DNA of 63,651 nucleotides, the filler included, from Welwitschia mirabilis (Eukaryota): the NCBI GenBank assembly GCA_051453625.1. It is 4 parts of one record of this genome, joined end to end, with 100 filler letters (N's around TTAATTAATTAA, not from the genome) between each part and the next. Parts side by side here need not be neighbours in the genome. Positions count along the whole stretch, not along the records: positions 1 to 30,424 come from JBOZIK010000001.1; 3 more parts are not named here. One strand, written 5' to 3'. Positions 1 through 14,069 of this stretch are shown here, in pieces; position 1 is the first letter of the stretch; each line of letters opens with the position of its first letter. A model generated the notes under the pieces. The model worked only from the letters and a program-made list of their open reading frames with translations, was not told the DNA's origin and did no database searches. A program made the position numbers and the translations under genes.

Positions 1-3000
1 AAGAAAAGAGAATAAAAAGATAATACCTTGATAGCATAATTTTTAGAATTTAGATAAGAGATAAAAGAATGATAAGTGTTATTAAAAAATGATCTCTTAT
101 GAAAAATTTTAGTATCTTGGGCATCATTATGAAAGGCATGTGAAAAGGAACTCAAAGAAATTTTTCAATATGATTTTAAAGGATCTCTAAAATGTTTTAT
201 ACCATTTGATTGAGAACATGGATTCTTAAGGAGAAAACAAGGCTTTTTCAATTTTGCATAAGCACATGACGATTTGTTTCTATAAGAATTAATGTAAGAG
301 ACAAAAAATTCATACAACTCATGGAAAAACAATCTCTTATCAAACTCATGATATAAAAGATTTAAAACATAAATGCATTCAAATCTTGATATTGAACATG
401 GAAGTGTAAAACGAGATCAAAAGATTTGTGAAAAACTTCTTAGGATGAAAGATTATGATAGGCTTTATGTACCTAAGAAGCTCCTTAACTTTTAGTTTCA
501 AACATGGATTTGGATCAACAAATACGATTTTCCCCAATTAAGAATTCTAAGATATCCTAAATTTTGTTTTAAAAAAGAATGATCAGTGGAAGTACATGAT
601 AGAGTTGACTTTGCAAATGAGAAAAAGATGTTACTTTTTGAACATGAAGTTTTTAAGGGAAGAGGTTAAAAGATTTTTGAACTCAAGTCCTTAAGATGAT
701 ATGGTTCATTACTTTTAAGGATAAGAATGTGACTTGTAGAGATAGTTGTTTAAATAATTTTTTAATTGATTATATATTCCTCTTCTTTATGATTGTTAAT
801 TTGTTATTTTTCATTTTGTTGAGAATCATTGTTCTTTTCTAAGTTGGTGGATTCCTTAAAAAGATCATTAGAAAGATTGTAGAAGGGAAATCTCTCATTA
901 TTTGATGAAATATATTCTAATTTTTCTTAGATTGATTCCTCTTTATCTTTAAATAACTCCATTAATTCTAAACTATAATTCTCATTTGAGTTAATTTAAT
1001 CATTTTTCATTAATTTTATTTCAATGCTTATCTACATTAATTTCAAAATTTTAATCTCATATATCAATGAAACTCCTTTATCCTTATAAAACATGTGAAA
1101 GTTTGGGATATGATCTAAAATTTCAATGTCATCTTATTCTTCTTCTTTACTATTCTCATCATCTTGTTTCATGTGATTGTTTCTATTAGAAGGGAAAATG
1201 TGATTATCATTTCTATCATAGACTCACTCATGAATGTACTTTTTATTTAATGAATGATTTTCAAATACCTTAACATCATCATATAAATAACCATCCTCAT
1301 CTTTATTATTGAAAAATATAGTTGAGTTATCATTGTCCCCCCTTTGTCCATATCCTAATGGGTAGAATGATGAGGTTTGCTCTAAAATTTGATTCTCAGC
1401 TTGGAAGCAATAATTAAACTCATTCATTCCTAAGTTGCTTTCATTTTCCTTAAGGTAATATGAATTAGGATAGTTTTGAGGATTTTGCATTTGAATAAAG
1501 AAACTAATGTTTTTATGGGTTTATTGATATTTTCATGGTTCTTTTTTATTATATCCCTTAATTCTCCTATTGGATCATTTTCTACTTCATAATAGTTCAT
1601 GGGAGATGGATGAGATGGGTAAAAGTAATTGGATGATGTTAAATCCCTAAGATTTTCTTCATTAGTTCTATATAGATTTTGAAAAGAAAAGGGCAAATAA
1701 TAAGGTGGCTAAAAAGAGGAATGGAACCTATCCCTACTATCAACANNNNNNNNNNNNNNNNNNNNNNNNNNNNNNNNNNNNNNNNNNNNNNNNNNNNNNN
1801 NNNNNNNNNNNNNNNNNNNNNNNNNNNNNNNNNNNNNNNNNNNNNTCATTACTTTTAAGGATAAGAATGTGATTTGGAGAGCTACTTGTTTGAATAATTT
1901 CTTCATTAATTGTATATCTCTCTTCTTTATGATTGATTGTTTCTTATTCTTCATTTTTATTTTGTTGAGGATCATTGTTCTTTTCTAAGTTGGTGGATTC
2001 TTCAAAAAGATCATTAGAAATATTCTAGAAAGGAAAGCTATCATTATTTGATAAAAGATAATCTAATGTTTCTTGGCTTAATTCCTCTTTTTCTCTAAAT
2101 AACTCCATTAATTCTAGACTATAATCCTCATTTGACTTGAGTTGATCATTTTCCATTAATTCCATTTCAATGCTTATTCTCATTAATTTTAAAAGTTGAA
2201 TCTCATATATCGGTGGAACTCCTTTATCCTTATAAAACATGTGAAAGTTTGGGATATGATCTAAATTTTAATGTCATCTTCTTCTTTACTATTCTCATCA
2301 TCTTGTTGCATGTTGTTGTTTTTAGTAGAAGGGGAAATGTGATCATCATTTCTATCATAGATTTTTTCATAAATGCATTCTTCATTTAATGAATGATTTT
2401 CAAATCCCGTAACATAATCATCTAAATAGCCATCCTCATCTTTATTCTTGAAAGATATAGTCAAGTTGTCATTGTCTCTCCTTTGCCCATCTCCTAATGG
2501 GTATAATGATGAAGTTTGATCTAAAATTTGATTCTCAACTTGAAAGCAAGAATCATAATCATTCATTCCTAAGTTGTTTTCTTTTTCCTTAAGGTAAGAT
2601 GAATCAGGATAGTTTTGAGAATTTTTCATTTGCATAAAAGTAATTTATTGATATTTTTGTAGTGCTTTTTTATTGTATCCCTTAATTCTCTTATTGGATC
2701 ATTTTTTACTTCCTAGTAGTTCATGGGAGATGGATGAATGGGCAAAACTAATTGGATGAGGTTAAATCCCTAACATTTTCTTCAGTAGTTCTATATGGAT
2801 TTTGAAAAGAAAAGGGGGAATAATAAGGTGGTTGAAAAGAGGAATGGATCCTATCCCTACTCTCAACAATTTTTTGTGATGGCCTCCCTTTTTTTGGAAA
2901 AAGATCTCTAAGTATTTTCTTACCATCCTCCTTGGATTCTTTTCTCCTTTTCTCAGTAAGAAGTTTCCCAACTGTTTTATTACTATTATTCCCAGGTTTG

Positions 3001-4401
3001 TTTTTACACTTTCCAATAAGACTTTTTATACAGGTGATTCTATCACTATTCATTTTTGAGAAGAATGGGAGGAAGAGAATCTTTAAGATGAAGGTAGGTG
3101 CTTAAAGATGATTGAGTTTTAAAAATAAAATGATCTCAGAAAAATAATGTATGCACCTAGAGTTTGTATTTCTGAAATCAAATTATCCTTCTCTAATACT
3201 TTATTCTATCAAAAGCCCCTTATTTTTTTCTCTGATAAACCTTTTTCTGGACTAAAAATACCACATTACCCAAATGATGACAACCCTCGTACTCCTCAAT
3301 AGCCTTCCCTAGCAATGGCGCCAAAATGTTGCAGTGTTTATTTGNNNNNNNNNNNNNNNNNNNNNNNNNNNNNNNNNNNNNNNNNNNNNNNNNNNNNNNN
3401 NNNNNNNNNNNNNNNNNNNNNNNNNNNNNNNNNNNNNNNNNNNNNNNNNNNNNNNNNNNNNNNNNNNNNNNNNNNNNNNNNNNNNNNNNNNNNNNNNNNN
3501 NNNNNNNNNNNNNNNNNNNNNNNNNNNNNNNNNNNNNNNNNNNNNNNNNNNNNNNNNNNNNNNNNNNNNNNNNNNNNNNNNNNNNNNNNNNNNNNNNNNN
3601 NNNNNNNNNNNTTAACAAAGGTTGCCCTTGATAATCTATATCACCCAAGAAATTGTCACCAGATCAAGGGCAACATAGACTATAAGGGTAATTAGAAAAT
3701 CTAACATAAAAACATAAAAACAAAATAAGGTTTATATTATGAAAGTGTAAAAAGCATCTTAGTCACAAAACAGCCAGGTCCCAATGGAGGATATACAACC
3801 CTCCATCAAGTGCACCTCTTTCTGCAACACTCAAGATGGATCTTCCACCCTTTAACCTTCTGTCACGAGGATTTCTGATGCAACGAAGATGAGAAGGAGA
3901 GTCAAAGGAGAGTTTATTTATAACAACTCATAACAAAAAAAGGACAAACGGTAGGTGTGGCTAGGTGCACTCATAAATGACTTAGAAACGGATGAAATGG
4001 TTATGGGTCATTGTCAAAGTCAGTTACATATCAGGGTCATCTGGATAAGTCTGGATGACATGGGGGATGATAGCACATTATAAAATATTCTTAAAATGAT
4101 AACTCAGCAGTCCACATCAGCAGTCGTTGTCCTACCTGTCGTGGGGACGACGGTCTTCTTTTATTATTTTCTTCAAGAGAATTTTATCATTTTTGTTAGT
4201 AATCCTTCTTCAAAGATCTGTGCATCATAAAGTTTCTTTAATATATCAAATCTGGCTAAGAATCACACATTTCTAATATTTCCTCATGTATCTCCAAAAA
4301 CCTCAGAATTGCACTAAACATATATAAAAGTCCTGCAAAATAACTCATAAAATCCCATCAAATAATCTTAAATTGGTAGTGTAACACATAGCCTTATTAC
4401 A
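1..4401 (-). mobile_element. Athila-like Ty3/Gypsy element: 5' LTR (approx. 3327-4401), PBS and degenerate internal region
   Basis: Minus strand reads ...aaCA-ttt-TGGCGCCATTGCTAGGGAA (3305-3323), resembling the Athila tRNA-Asp PBS TGGCGCCGTTGCCGGGGA. It is followed by broken low-complexity ORFs. The outer LTR boundary is approximate. Confidence 0.6.
706..2868. repeat. Diverged direct tandem duplication, unit approx. 1.05 kb
   Basis: tcattacttttaaggataagaatgtga at 706 and 1846; tccctact(a/c)tcaaca at about 1731 and 2854. Paired ORFs MQNPQNYPNSYYLKENE / KNSQNYPDSSYLKEKE. Confidence 0.9.
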
Positions 4402-4949
4402 CTACTAGTCCATGTGATTAATGCAAAATCATCACTGAGTGACAATGTCACAATAAATTAAATTTTATTGTGCCTTATATTACATATGCATTAAAACCTA
4501 TCGAGTTGTATAACATGTCTTAGATCCATGACTCATAATCCTTATCGTTTATTACACTATGATAACTTAATGAACTTAAAATTTTAAGTCTATAGCTATC
4601 AAAAATCAATTGTGTAGTGATAAAATAACTGATAACATTTAATTCCCAGCTTATGAGTAATTGAATGATGTCTCACAGTGATGACTAGTATGCTAACCAT
4701 TTAAACATTTTATCACAACCCCACCACACTAAGATAGCTAGATTTCATCGAAAAAACTTATAAAAATGATGTCGGGGACTGAATAAAGATTTCATTTCTA
4801 GCTCTACTTGCCTACATCTCACCTTGACCACTCTATGATAAATCCATCTCAAGCACTAGAAATCACCATCCTGGTGGTAAAAACAAAATGTCACATTTAT
4901 CTATAGCATGGATAAGATTTTGTCCACTACTTTCTTTACCAAAATTATG

Positions 4950-7580
4950 TTTTTATTTCTAGCAAAGTCAAATCTAGGATTTGGATAGGTATTTTCAATA
5001 ATTTTTAAATATTTGATTCTATCCTTTTCAAATTAAAGGAAACAATGATTATTTAAGCTATAAATCGAGATTAGAAGAGTACAACAAGTTGGGACTATGA
5101 TATTTACAAATCTTTTTTATTAGTTTATCATTCTTAAGCCTATTTAGTACCAATTTATGTAAATACTTTATTTGCTGACATGGAAAGTTGTGGTGATAAT
5201 TTATTATTTTTTTCTAGGCCCAAGAGCCTAGTTGTAGTTCAAGAAAAAGCACCATGACATAGGTCTCTAACCTTGTTCGATAACCACAACCAGTAGCTTC
5301 TCTTGCTACATGAACTATCCCTCTAGCATAGAGAACTCTCTCTTGAGCTCTGAAAAATAGAAGGAGACAATGCTAAGAGGAAACTATCAATTTAGAATGG
5401 GACTATAGTATACGATTAGAAATAATTACCAAAGCCTTATTTCAAAATATGATTCATCGTAGCTTGGTGTGGTTTGCAAGCTCCTCTCATAGGGAGTATT
5501 ATCTTAGCTAAGTCAGATAATTCTTTAAGTGAATAACTACATATTATCGATATGAAAATATTACATAGGACTCTAATCAACTAGAATGTAAAATTATCAT
5601 CTAATCTAAGGTGTAACAGGTAGATATTAAGATTATTAAAAAATTTCTATGTGATAGATTTAGAATTTCCAATGAAGGAACCAGGTTGTACATTGATCAA
5701 GAGATAAGGGAATATAAATTTAAATTCTTTAGGGCATTAATAGTAGATAAAATGGATCCTGAGGTGGCATATTTAACTTATGAAAAGGGGTCCTCAATTT
5801 ACATCTTATCTCTTGTGAGTCATGTGTCCTTCGGATTAGTTAATTTCGATATCTATTCCATAACCTGTGTAGCTAATTTAATAAAATTCTATACTAGGCT
5901 CTTACTTCCATTATAAAATGCAAGGCCTTATAATTTAGCATATTACCTTTTGAAATTTACAAAATATGTGATCTAGCCACCTATCATGATAGCCTTCCCC
6001 TTTCTTCTCGATGCCATTTTAAAAATGATGAATGTTCCTTTGCCTTCATAAGAAGCTCCAATACACGATTGTCCTTACTACTAAGGATCTTTCAAAAATC
6101 CATCTCAGAGAAAGAGGAGAAGTATGACCCCTAGAAAGATCACTTGTAGCATAAGATGATCCCACTGTGATGTCATTCCTTATAGAACAATTTGGCCTTT
6201 TGATAGAAGTGAACCTTTAGAGCATACAAAAGCAACTTTAGAAGCAAATGTAAACTTTGGAGTACAAATTTACTGACCTTACTAAAGAATTGAGGGAATC
6301 AAAATGCATCTAAGACTTGAATTTGGTGGAGCCACTACTTCACCTCCTCCTTCTAAAGGAGATGATTCTTAAGATATGGGATTATAATGGTAGCAATTTT
6401 GATGTATGTAACAAAATTCACTATACTAGAATTTAATGAAAACAATATTATTTTTGTATCTAATGTGTTTTATGTCTTACTTTTTGTTTTACATTTTATT
6501 TTGTTAATGACAAATAGATCATTACCATTCAAAAAGGGGACTATGATGGACTATTAAAATTCATAAATTCCTATCTGTTTTAATGGCAAATAAATCTGAT
6601 AGAAATATTATTTTTGTATTAAAAAAGGAAATTACTAGACTAAAATAATTTTTGTATTCTTTATTAACTAAATCTTCTATTCCCATTAAAAATTGTACTA
6701 TTTTGTGTTATTAACAAGACCATCATTGAGCAATGGAACTATGATAAGTTAATGTTTGTTTGGGAGATTTGTAGGTTACTACATAGTGACAATGCTACAG
6801 TATAAGCCATCACGTAGCAATAATTTTCAAACATTCCAAAGGCGACTATAACAAAATAAACAGTTATCAACGGATATCGCAGTACAATAGATAGTAATGC
6901 ATAAAAGGACAATTACATAGAATTTTATTACCAGCTCTATCACATTACAATAAAGAGATATCAATACAATTGTCACTGGGCAATGATATTTTAAACATAG
7001 TGTGATGGATTTATGATAAGAACTATTAACTTTGCACAAGGGATTGATAATCGACAAGTCAGACAATCAGTCATCTTAGGAAAATCATAAGGAATCAAAG
7101 ATCCAAATTTACATAAAGGAAGTCCCCTTCTAATATAATTTCAACCATATGTGATTATCTGCATAATTCATTATAACAATGTCTAAAATTGTCTTTGAAC
7201 TAATGTTTAAATGCATTTCCTTTCCTTGGAGAAAGAGCTTATACAGGTAGAAACTTCTTGTAAATCTTTCACTTTTTTGTAATTCAATTTCATTGCAATG
7301 AATATTTAAATTTGGAGTCCAATTGACTACATATTTAGTTTGATTCCATGATAAGCAATCCTTTTAAGGCTTTTTTATTATAATGCTATTAGGACACTCT
7401 TGATCCCAGTTCTTTTCATTTCTTTCTACTCTTCCTTTTGCATTATTATCATAGTTTGCTTATTGCAAGGATATTGAATTGTAGGAAAGTAGTGGAAGTA
7501 TGAATCGAAGTTAATATTTTAATTTTAAACTTCTTTTAACACTTATTTATCAATTTTCTAAGCTATAACTACCCCAATAC
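4950..7580 (+). mobile_element. Probable 3' half of a Copia (Sirevirus-like) element: degenerate extra ORF region, PPTs and LTR
   Basis: PPT-like caaaaagggga at about 6530 and gggagatt-TGTAGG at about 6762-6775, followed by approx. 800 bp of LTR-like sequence. No pol domain was recognised. Confidence 0.35.
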
Positions 7581-8389
7581 GTGATTTAGTTCCTAGTACA
7601 AGTGAATGTAACTTTGCTTCTATGAGATGCATTCCATTTATGGTTTCATTATGACATTACTTTTAGGCAAGTGATCTCTAAAATACTATTGATATGATGA
7701 TAAAATATCAATAGTATGGAATTATAATCATTTAATTTTACTTTTTTAAGTTGTATTATTGAATGTTGTATTGTTTATTTTATTCTCCTTTTCATTGTAA
7801 TGATATTATTTTAAGAAACTACTTACCATTAAATAGGAAAAATAGGTTATGTTATCTTGAATCCACATCCAAAGCTTCCACCAATATGACAAGATAGGTT
7901 GAAACTTAGCTTAGTTAAATCTCATCACTGTCATGCATTGGTTTTAAAATACTTATAAAAGACACTTACTATTACTCTCTAACTACTAGATTATATTTTG
8001 AACATACTTTTCTATTGAATGTGATCTCTTAAAAAGTAATAACGGATCTTAAGTGTTAACACCTTTTATAAAAATTTACTTATGATCTTTAAAAGATCTA
8101 TTGACTCTTAGTCATAAAATTTAAATAAAATTAAAGCTAACTATTTTGTTTAAAAATTTTAATGTTGTTAAAGTTCTTCATAGTGGTTGTATATTGTATG
8201 TTTTCTATTCAAGCATGTAATAGTAATTCTACACCTTGAAGATTCATCTCTAACTCTTTTAATTTGAATCTCACTTCAAATATTTTTTAAGCTCTCTGTT
8301 ATCATGTCTTCAACTATCTAAAGAAAGCACTCCAACAATAAGGAATTTGGTAAATTTCAAGAGAAAATAATTACCATACCCAAAACCTA

Positions 8390-11270
8390 ATGGGATGTGA
8401 TGACAGTATAGCCAGAACTACTGAAAGGGCTTCTCATGAAAGTAAAATAATTTTCAAAGAAAATGGAAATCCTGCAGGAAGAAATATTATGGAAACTAAC
8501 TACTCGTAAAACTAAAATTGAAGGAAATAGGGCAACATCACATGATAATGAAAAAGTAACAGGGAACCAAAGCATAAAAATAGTAATCTTAGAAACATTA
8601 AGGGATCAAGAAGGGAAAAAAGAGATATCACTAAATCTTTGATTTTTCACTCCACTAGAAAATGAAAATGAAGGTTTATTTGAAAAAGTATCCATAATTC
8701 TTTAGGAGAATATACATATTTTGCAACAACAAATTCTAGATGTCTTTCATGTTAGATAAGAGAAAGAATGATCGCATCATATCATAGTGACATTTTAAGA
8801 CTTGAAATCTAGGAATAATGTTTAGCAAATTCATAGTAAATTAAAAAGAGAGAAAGCTTGGATAAATGAGGATCTCACAAAAAAGGAGTTTGCAAAGAAG
8901 GTAAAGGAATGGCAAAAAGTGAAAATCACTTAAGCAAAAGGCAAATGATTCATGTGCATATGAACTATGTTATGGTGATAAAAGCCATAGATAACTATAT
9001 ACTAATGCTGATATTATAAATAAAGTAGTTGCTCTAAATAACATTTTCCTCTTAAAGAACTTTTAACATTTTTTTATCTTGTAGACTTAGGAGGATGAGA
9101 GTTTATAGAGTTTTAGGTTCCAGATTTTTTCAAATTCTTAGTACTACATCATTGATGGAATAGAAAAGGTAGTCCCAATAGAGTTTAGCTTGTCTAATAA
9201 TAAGGAATAAGAGGTATGTTACGATTGAAATTATCAATACCCAAAGTAATTTTTCTACATGAAAATCTCTCATTAATTAATAGACTCTTTTTTTGCACTT
9301 TGCTACTTTTCTTCTCATGAATCTATTATGTATAAGGAGCCATCCGTGTCTAAAGATCACTCATTTTAATACTTGGAGGCTAACATTGTAAAGTTTTTTT
9401 GTAAAAGAACATGTTATAATTCATGGTAATTTTAATGTGAGAATAGGTATCAATTAGGTAGATTTATTAGATTAGCAATATAGTAATGGTTGCTTGAGAA
9501 ATGAAACTGAATATGGGATAACAATTGCCCACATGATACTAGAGTATTAATTTTCTTGTTTTAAATGGAATGATGTATTTTTCAAATTCGAAAATATGTA
9601 CCTTTAAAGGACATCATGATGACTTGTATATTAATCTTTGTTTGGCTCTTCCTAAGTGTACAAAATGTATATAGAGTTTTCAAATTAGAGAGACATTAGC
9701 GAAATCTCCACATCATTTCTTTGAATTTCAAATCCAAGTAAGCTTGTTTCATGAGAAAAGGGGTGCTTATTAAATCTGAAAGTAATTTATCAAAGTTTCA
9801 CAGCAGAGTGTGAAAAAGTTGCCCCTAAAAAAAAAAAAGGGAAAAAGGAGGCAAGCATAGCTACAAAATGAACACATTAGTTTGCCTTTTTAAGATACAA
9901 CATATTATATTAATAAAGCAACGGTTTGATATTGAATGCAAGAATGCTAGAGTACCTATTAATGAGGTACCATCATTCAACAAAAAATATGATAAGACAG
10001 AGGCCTATAAAAGATTAACTATAATTAAGAAGAGAGCCTTCATTGTAATTCAATAAAAACAATTTATATATATGATCATAATAGGACCAAGGAATTTTTG
10101 AAAGTTTTTTATTTACAAAAGATTAGAAGAATGAAGTTTTTCCTTTACAAAGATTCAAGATTTTTAAAGCAAACTATTTGTATATGAAGAAAATTCAATA
10201 TACACCTTTGTTGTACCTATTTAATTAAATATTGAGGAGGTTAATAAAGAAATTAAGTAGCTAGCTTCAAGTAGAGTGATAGATGCAGATGAACTCTATG
10301 CAAAACCCCTAAAAAGTGGAGGAAATACTACTTTTATAAGAATTTAGAAATTACTTAGTAAAGATTTACGTGAAGGCTTAAACAAAAGATGAAAAACTAA
10401 GAAGGCTATGATGCTTTTTAAAAAGGGGAGAAAATAAACTTGAATGACTATGAACTTGTTTTTAACAGTAACATGTTTGCTAAATTGTTGGGCATCATTT
10501 TAAAAAAAGGCTTAGCACATGAGTAGATGATAATATGATAAGAACTATGTCACAAGCATGATTTCAACAAAAATCGCTCCACCATTAAGTGGTTGGTTAC
10601 TTTTAGTTATTGTATTAATTCTACTAAGGGACCTAAGAGAAAAAAAAATTCATTGTCCTTGTGGATTTTTCTAAAGCATAGGACTCTATTCCAAGAAGTA
10701 AACTTTAGCAATTGTTGTGAAGCTTGGCATTCCTCCTAACTTGATTGTAGTAACTTAGAGATTGTATGAAAAGGTTACTATTGGAATCAAAGAAAATAAG
10801 TTAGAGAATTTTGTGTAGCTTCATAGTGAAATCGGAGCAAAGTAGGTTGTCCTACTTCTCATACTTTATTTGGCATTTGCCATGCAACATCAATTCAAAT
10901 TAGGTATTTTAGTGTTAATATCCTCCTCTTTGCTAATGATGCAACTTTCACATCTAAACCAAAGGTAGCTATGCAACAAATGCTATATGTATTGGATGAT
11001 TTTTTGTATAACCAATGGTATGATAAATGATGGTAAAACCAGGATTCCACATTATGTTATAAGAAACATTGATTATGAGTACAAACTTTACAATAGACCA
11101 ATTGAAATAATTACTTTTCATTAATATTTAGGTCTCCATTACTCCCACAATTACCAGTGGCACAAATGTCTATGAAAGAATTGTAGGAGGTAAAAATGCT
11201 TTGTATAGGCTACTAAATAAATTCAAAAATGTAGGGATTTGGGGATGGACACCTTGAATCCATTAGAGTC
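8390..11270 (+). mobile_element. Decayed two-ORF LINE (ORF1 + APE endonuclease/RT ORF2)
   Basis: ORF1 (approx. 8391-8960, one frame with stops) has IIVTF...LKREKAWINEDLTKKE. ORF2 motifs: GNFNVRIG (9425), LVLNG (about 9555), LFKKG (about 10415), LVDFSKA*DSI (10658), degenerate GVKQGCP..TLFGI (about 10834), LLFAND (about 10923), YLGL (about 11124). Confidence 0.85.
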
Positions 11271-12454
11271 TGTCCTTTTGAGTTTTCAACATCTATGGGC
11301 ACTGGTTGTTTTAGAAGTGTGTGAGACCTAAACTATTATGAGTTGTGTTCTTCAAGTTTTCACAACCTATGCAATCACAAAGGAGCAAATTATAGTCGGG
11401 ATATATAACAAATGATACCTTAGCTATCTAGCTTGATAAAATGTTCCTTTATGAAGGTTAGGGAGATTTATTTTACCATCCAAAACATAAGATATTACCA
11501 TTTGACTAAGAGCTTCCCCAAGAAGTCATCCATCCTTATATTGCTCTAGCGTGGTTGTGCTTAAATGTGGAGTTCTTGCTAGTCCACTACCATTGTCGTC
11601 ATGGGTATAGTTATGCCAAATATATCATACTTTTTTGAGGTTTTTCTTTTTTTTCAACTTAAACCTTACCTTGAGAACCTTAAATTTCACCTATAGAAAC
11701 TTTGTCGATGATTGTGGGTAAAAAGTGTGTTTGGATTTCTCTTGAGCTTCTCAACCTCGAGTTTTCGTCAATTCACTAGCTTTCTTGGTAGTTAATCCTA
11801 GATATCATGCCAACTATCCTTTTGAGACCATATTATCTATAGGTCATATTAGTTAATCCAATTAATGAAAAGTTGAAAGAAAATAGAACTATTAAAAAGC
11901 AAGTGCAAGTCTTTATTACTCCCATAAAAATGCCTCTATTATAAGAAGCATCACTGATAAATGGTTGCAAATGATGCAAGAACGCATTGCAAATAATCGT
12001 AAAATAACTGTAAAAAATACATGCCATAAGGTAAAACTTTGTAGACCTAAAGGGGTGCTTTAATGCATTACATTAACACATCCGCATCATCATTTTTATT
12101 TCAATAGCACATTACATTAATTTGACCTCATTTGCCATACATGTTTATCATGTGGTCTTATATGATTACAATTGACTCCGAGATCTTCGATGCTACCTCT
12201 TTCTTAAGGTTGTTTAAGGTGGAGACCCAATCGTTACCAATCAAGATTGATCTCTTCATGTTTGAACAAATAAGAAAAGGGGATTTTACAATAGCCATAT
12301 CAAAACCACTAGAACTAATAGGAACTCATGATTAAAGATAGACCGAAATAAAGCAACTCACAAGAAACTTTGCAAGGACTTCTATAAATGCTCCAAATTT
12401 CAAAGGAACATAAGCTGTCATGAGCTTTGGAATTGCAAGGACTCTTCAAGACTC

Positions 12455-12564
12455 CCAAAGTAAGGTAGAACCATTTTTTGGAACCTATGATTTTATTTTT
12501 ATATGGTTACCAAAAGTAAGGTAGAACCATTTTTGGGAACCTATGATTTAATTTTTATATGGTT
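12455..12564. repeat. Tandem repeat, 2 x 56 bp
   Basis: aaagtaaggtagaaccattttt..gaacctatgattt.atttttatatggtt at 12457 and 12513. Confidence 0.9.
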
Positions 12565-14069
12565 TTCCATTGTTGTTAATGGTGCATATGCATGCCTTTT
12601 ATTTGCATCACTTTAAATTTAATTTTACGGCTTATGAAATTTTCAATTTTTAGTTTTACATTACTTTGTTTCTTGATTAGGGGATGTGGGAATTCTTTAT
12701 GGAATTGCTCATGGGTTAGAGACGACTTCTAGATTTTGGAAAGAAGAATGTGTTTTATTAGAGAGAGAGTTTCAAGTACAATATGGGAGTCTCACATAGG
12801 AATGTGCTCCTAAAAGAAAATAACAAAGCTTTTCAAAATGTTTAAGGTTCAAACCTAACCATCTTATTTGATAGTTTCATGAGAAGAAACCATAAGGAGA
12901 ATTGAAAGTCTTCTTGTTCAACCTTCTTTCCAACTCTCTGTGGATCTTCTCAGTTATGCCTGAATTTCATGATGGCCCCTAGTAAATATTTTATATGGTT
13001 GTCACAATTCTTCCATTCTTTATATGCGATGTTGAGCTTCATGAATTTTCTCTAAATTTTCCATAAGATCTCAAAGTTGGAGCTTGTGACTTCTTCAAGA
13101 ATGATTTTCATCAAGGAGTTGTTAGGATGTGATGGCAACATTTTCTAGTCCCTTTCCTAGAGCATTTCTTACTTTTGTGCATGTTCTTGCATCAGGCAAA
13201 CATCATTAGTTTGTTAACAATATCTTTTATTGAATTATAGTGCCACACTTCTCCATTCCTTATTTCACTGTGTCAATTTGTACTTGCTAATGAGAATTTG
13301 GTGTTGCACATTTTCCTACTTTTCTCCTTTAATAGTTTATTCCTTAGTTTTGCCAATTCTTTCCATTAGGAATCATGTTTCTTCTTTTCCATGTGTTTTC
13401 TCTTCCAGATTTAATGTTGTAACTTCGTATCTTATTTCCCCTTTCTTTTACCATTTTTATTTCCCTTTTTCTTTTTGTCTTTTCAATTATAATTACAAGC
13501 CTATCTTTCCACTTGTGTGCTTGAATACCATGTTGGCTTTAATGCCATGTTATCTTTAAAGTAAGCCACTTACTAGATCAATGAATTTTAGTTAAACAAG
13601 ATCTTTTATTGTAACCATATTAACCTGTTTACTATATCGTTCCATGTAAATTAAGAATGTAAATTAGGAATGTCTATGAAACTTAAGTTTATGAAATGAT
13701 AATGTAATAATATTTGACAAATTATATATAGATGGAATAGTCTATGCCTTGACATTTTCTCTTGAATGTGTTATTATGATCTTCCACTAATTCTCCTTGC
13801 TATATGATGGGAATAGGTACGGGGAAAAATTGTTTCTCAATAATAAGAAGCCAATTATAAAGTGGTGATTAGAGTGATTTATTAGTCACAAAATCGTTTT
13901 ATTATGACAATCACAATAAATTTGCATCACCATAATTTGTTTTGCACCATGATCTTTGGTAAAATGTTAAAATTGTCAAAATAACAATTATTGTCATGTA
14001 TATAGATAGCATTAAAACTTAGCACTGACATAAGTTATATTGCTATATTGTTAATATTGCTAGAAAAAT

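Noticed and set aside
4400..4700. CACTACTAG as a possible CACTA terminus
   Set aside because: No matching opposite TIR or 3-bp TSD found, and it overlaps the presumed LTR edge.
11280..13560. Probable LTR-retrotransposon debris (TGTAGACC at about 12040)
   Set aside because: No boundaries or domains could be established with confidence.
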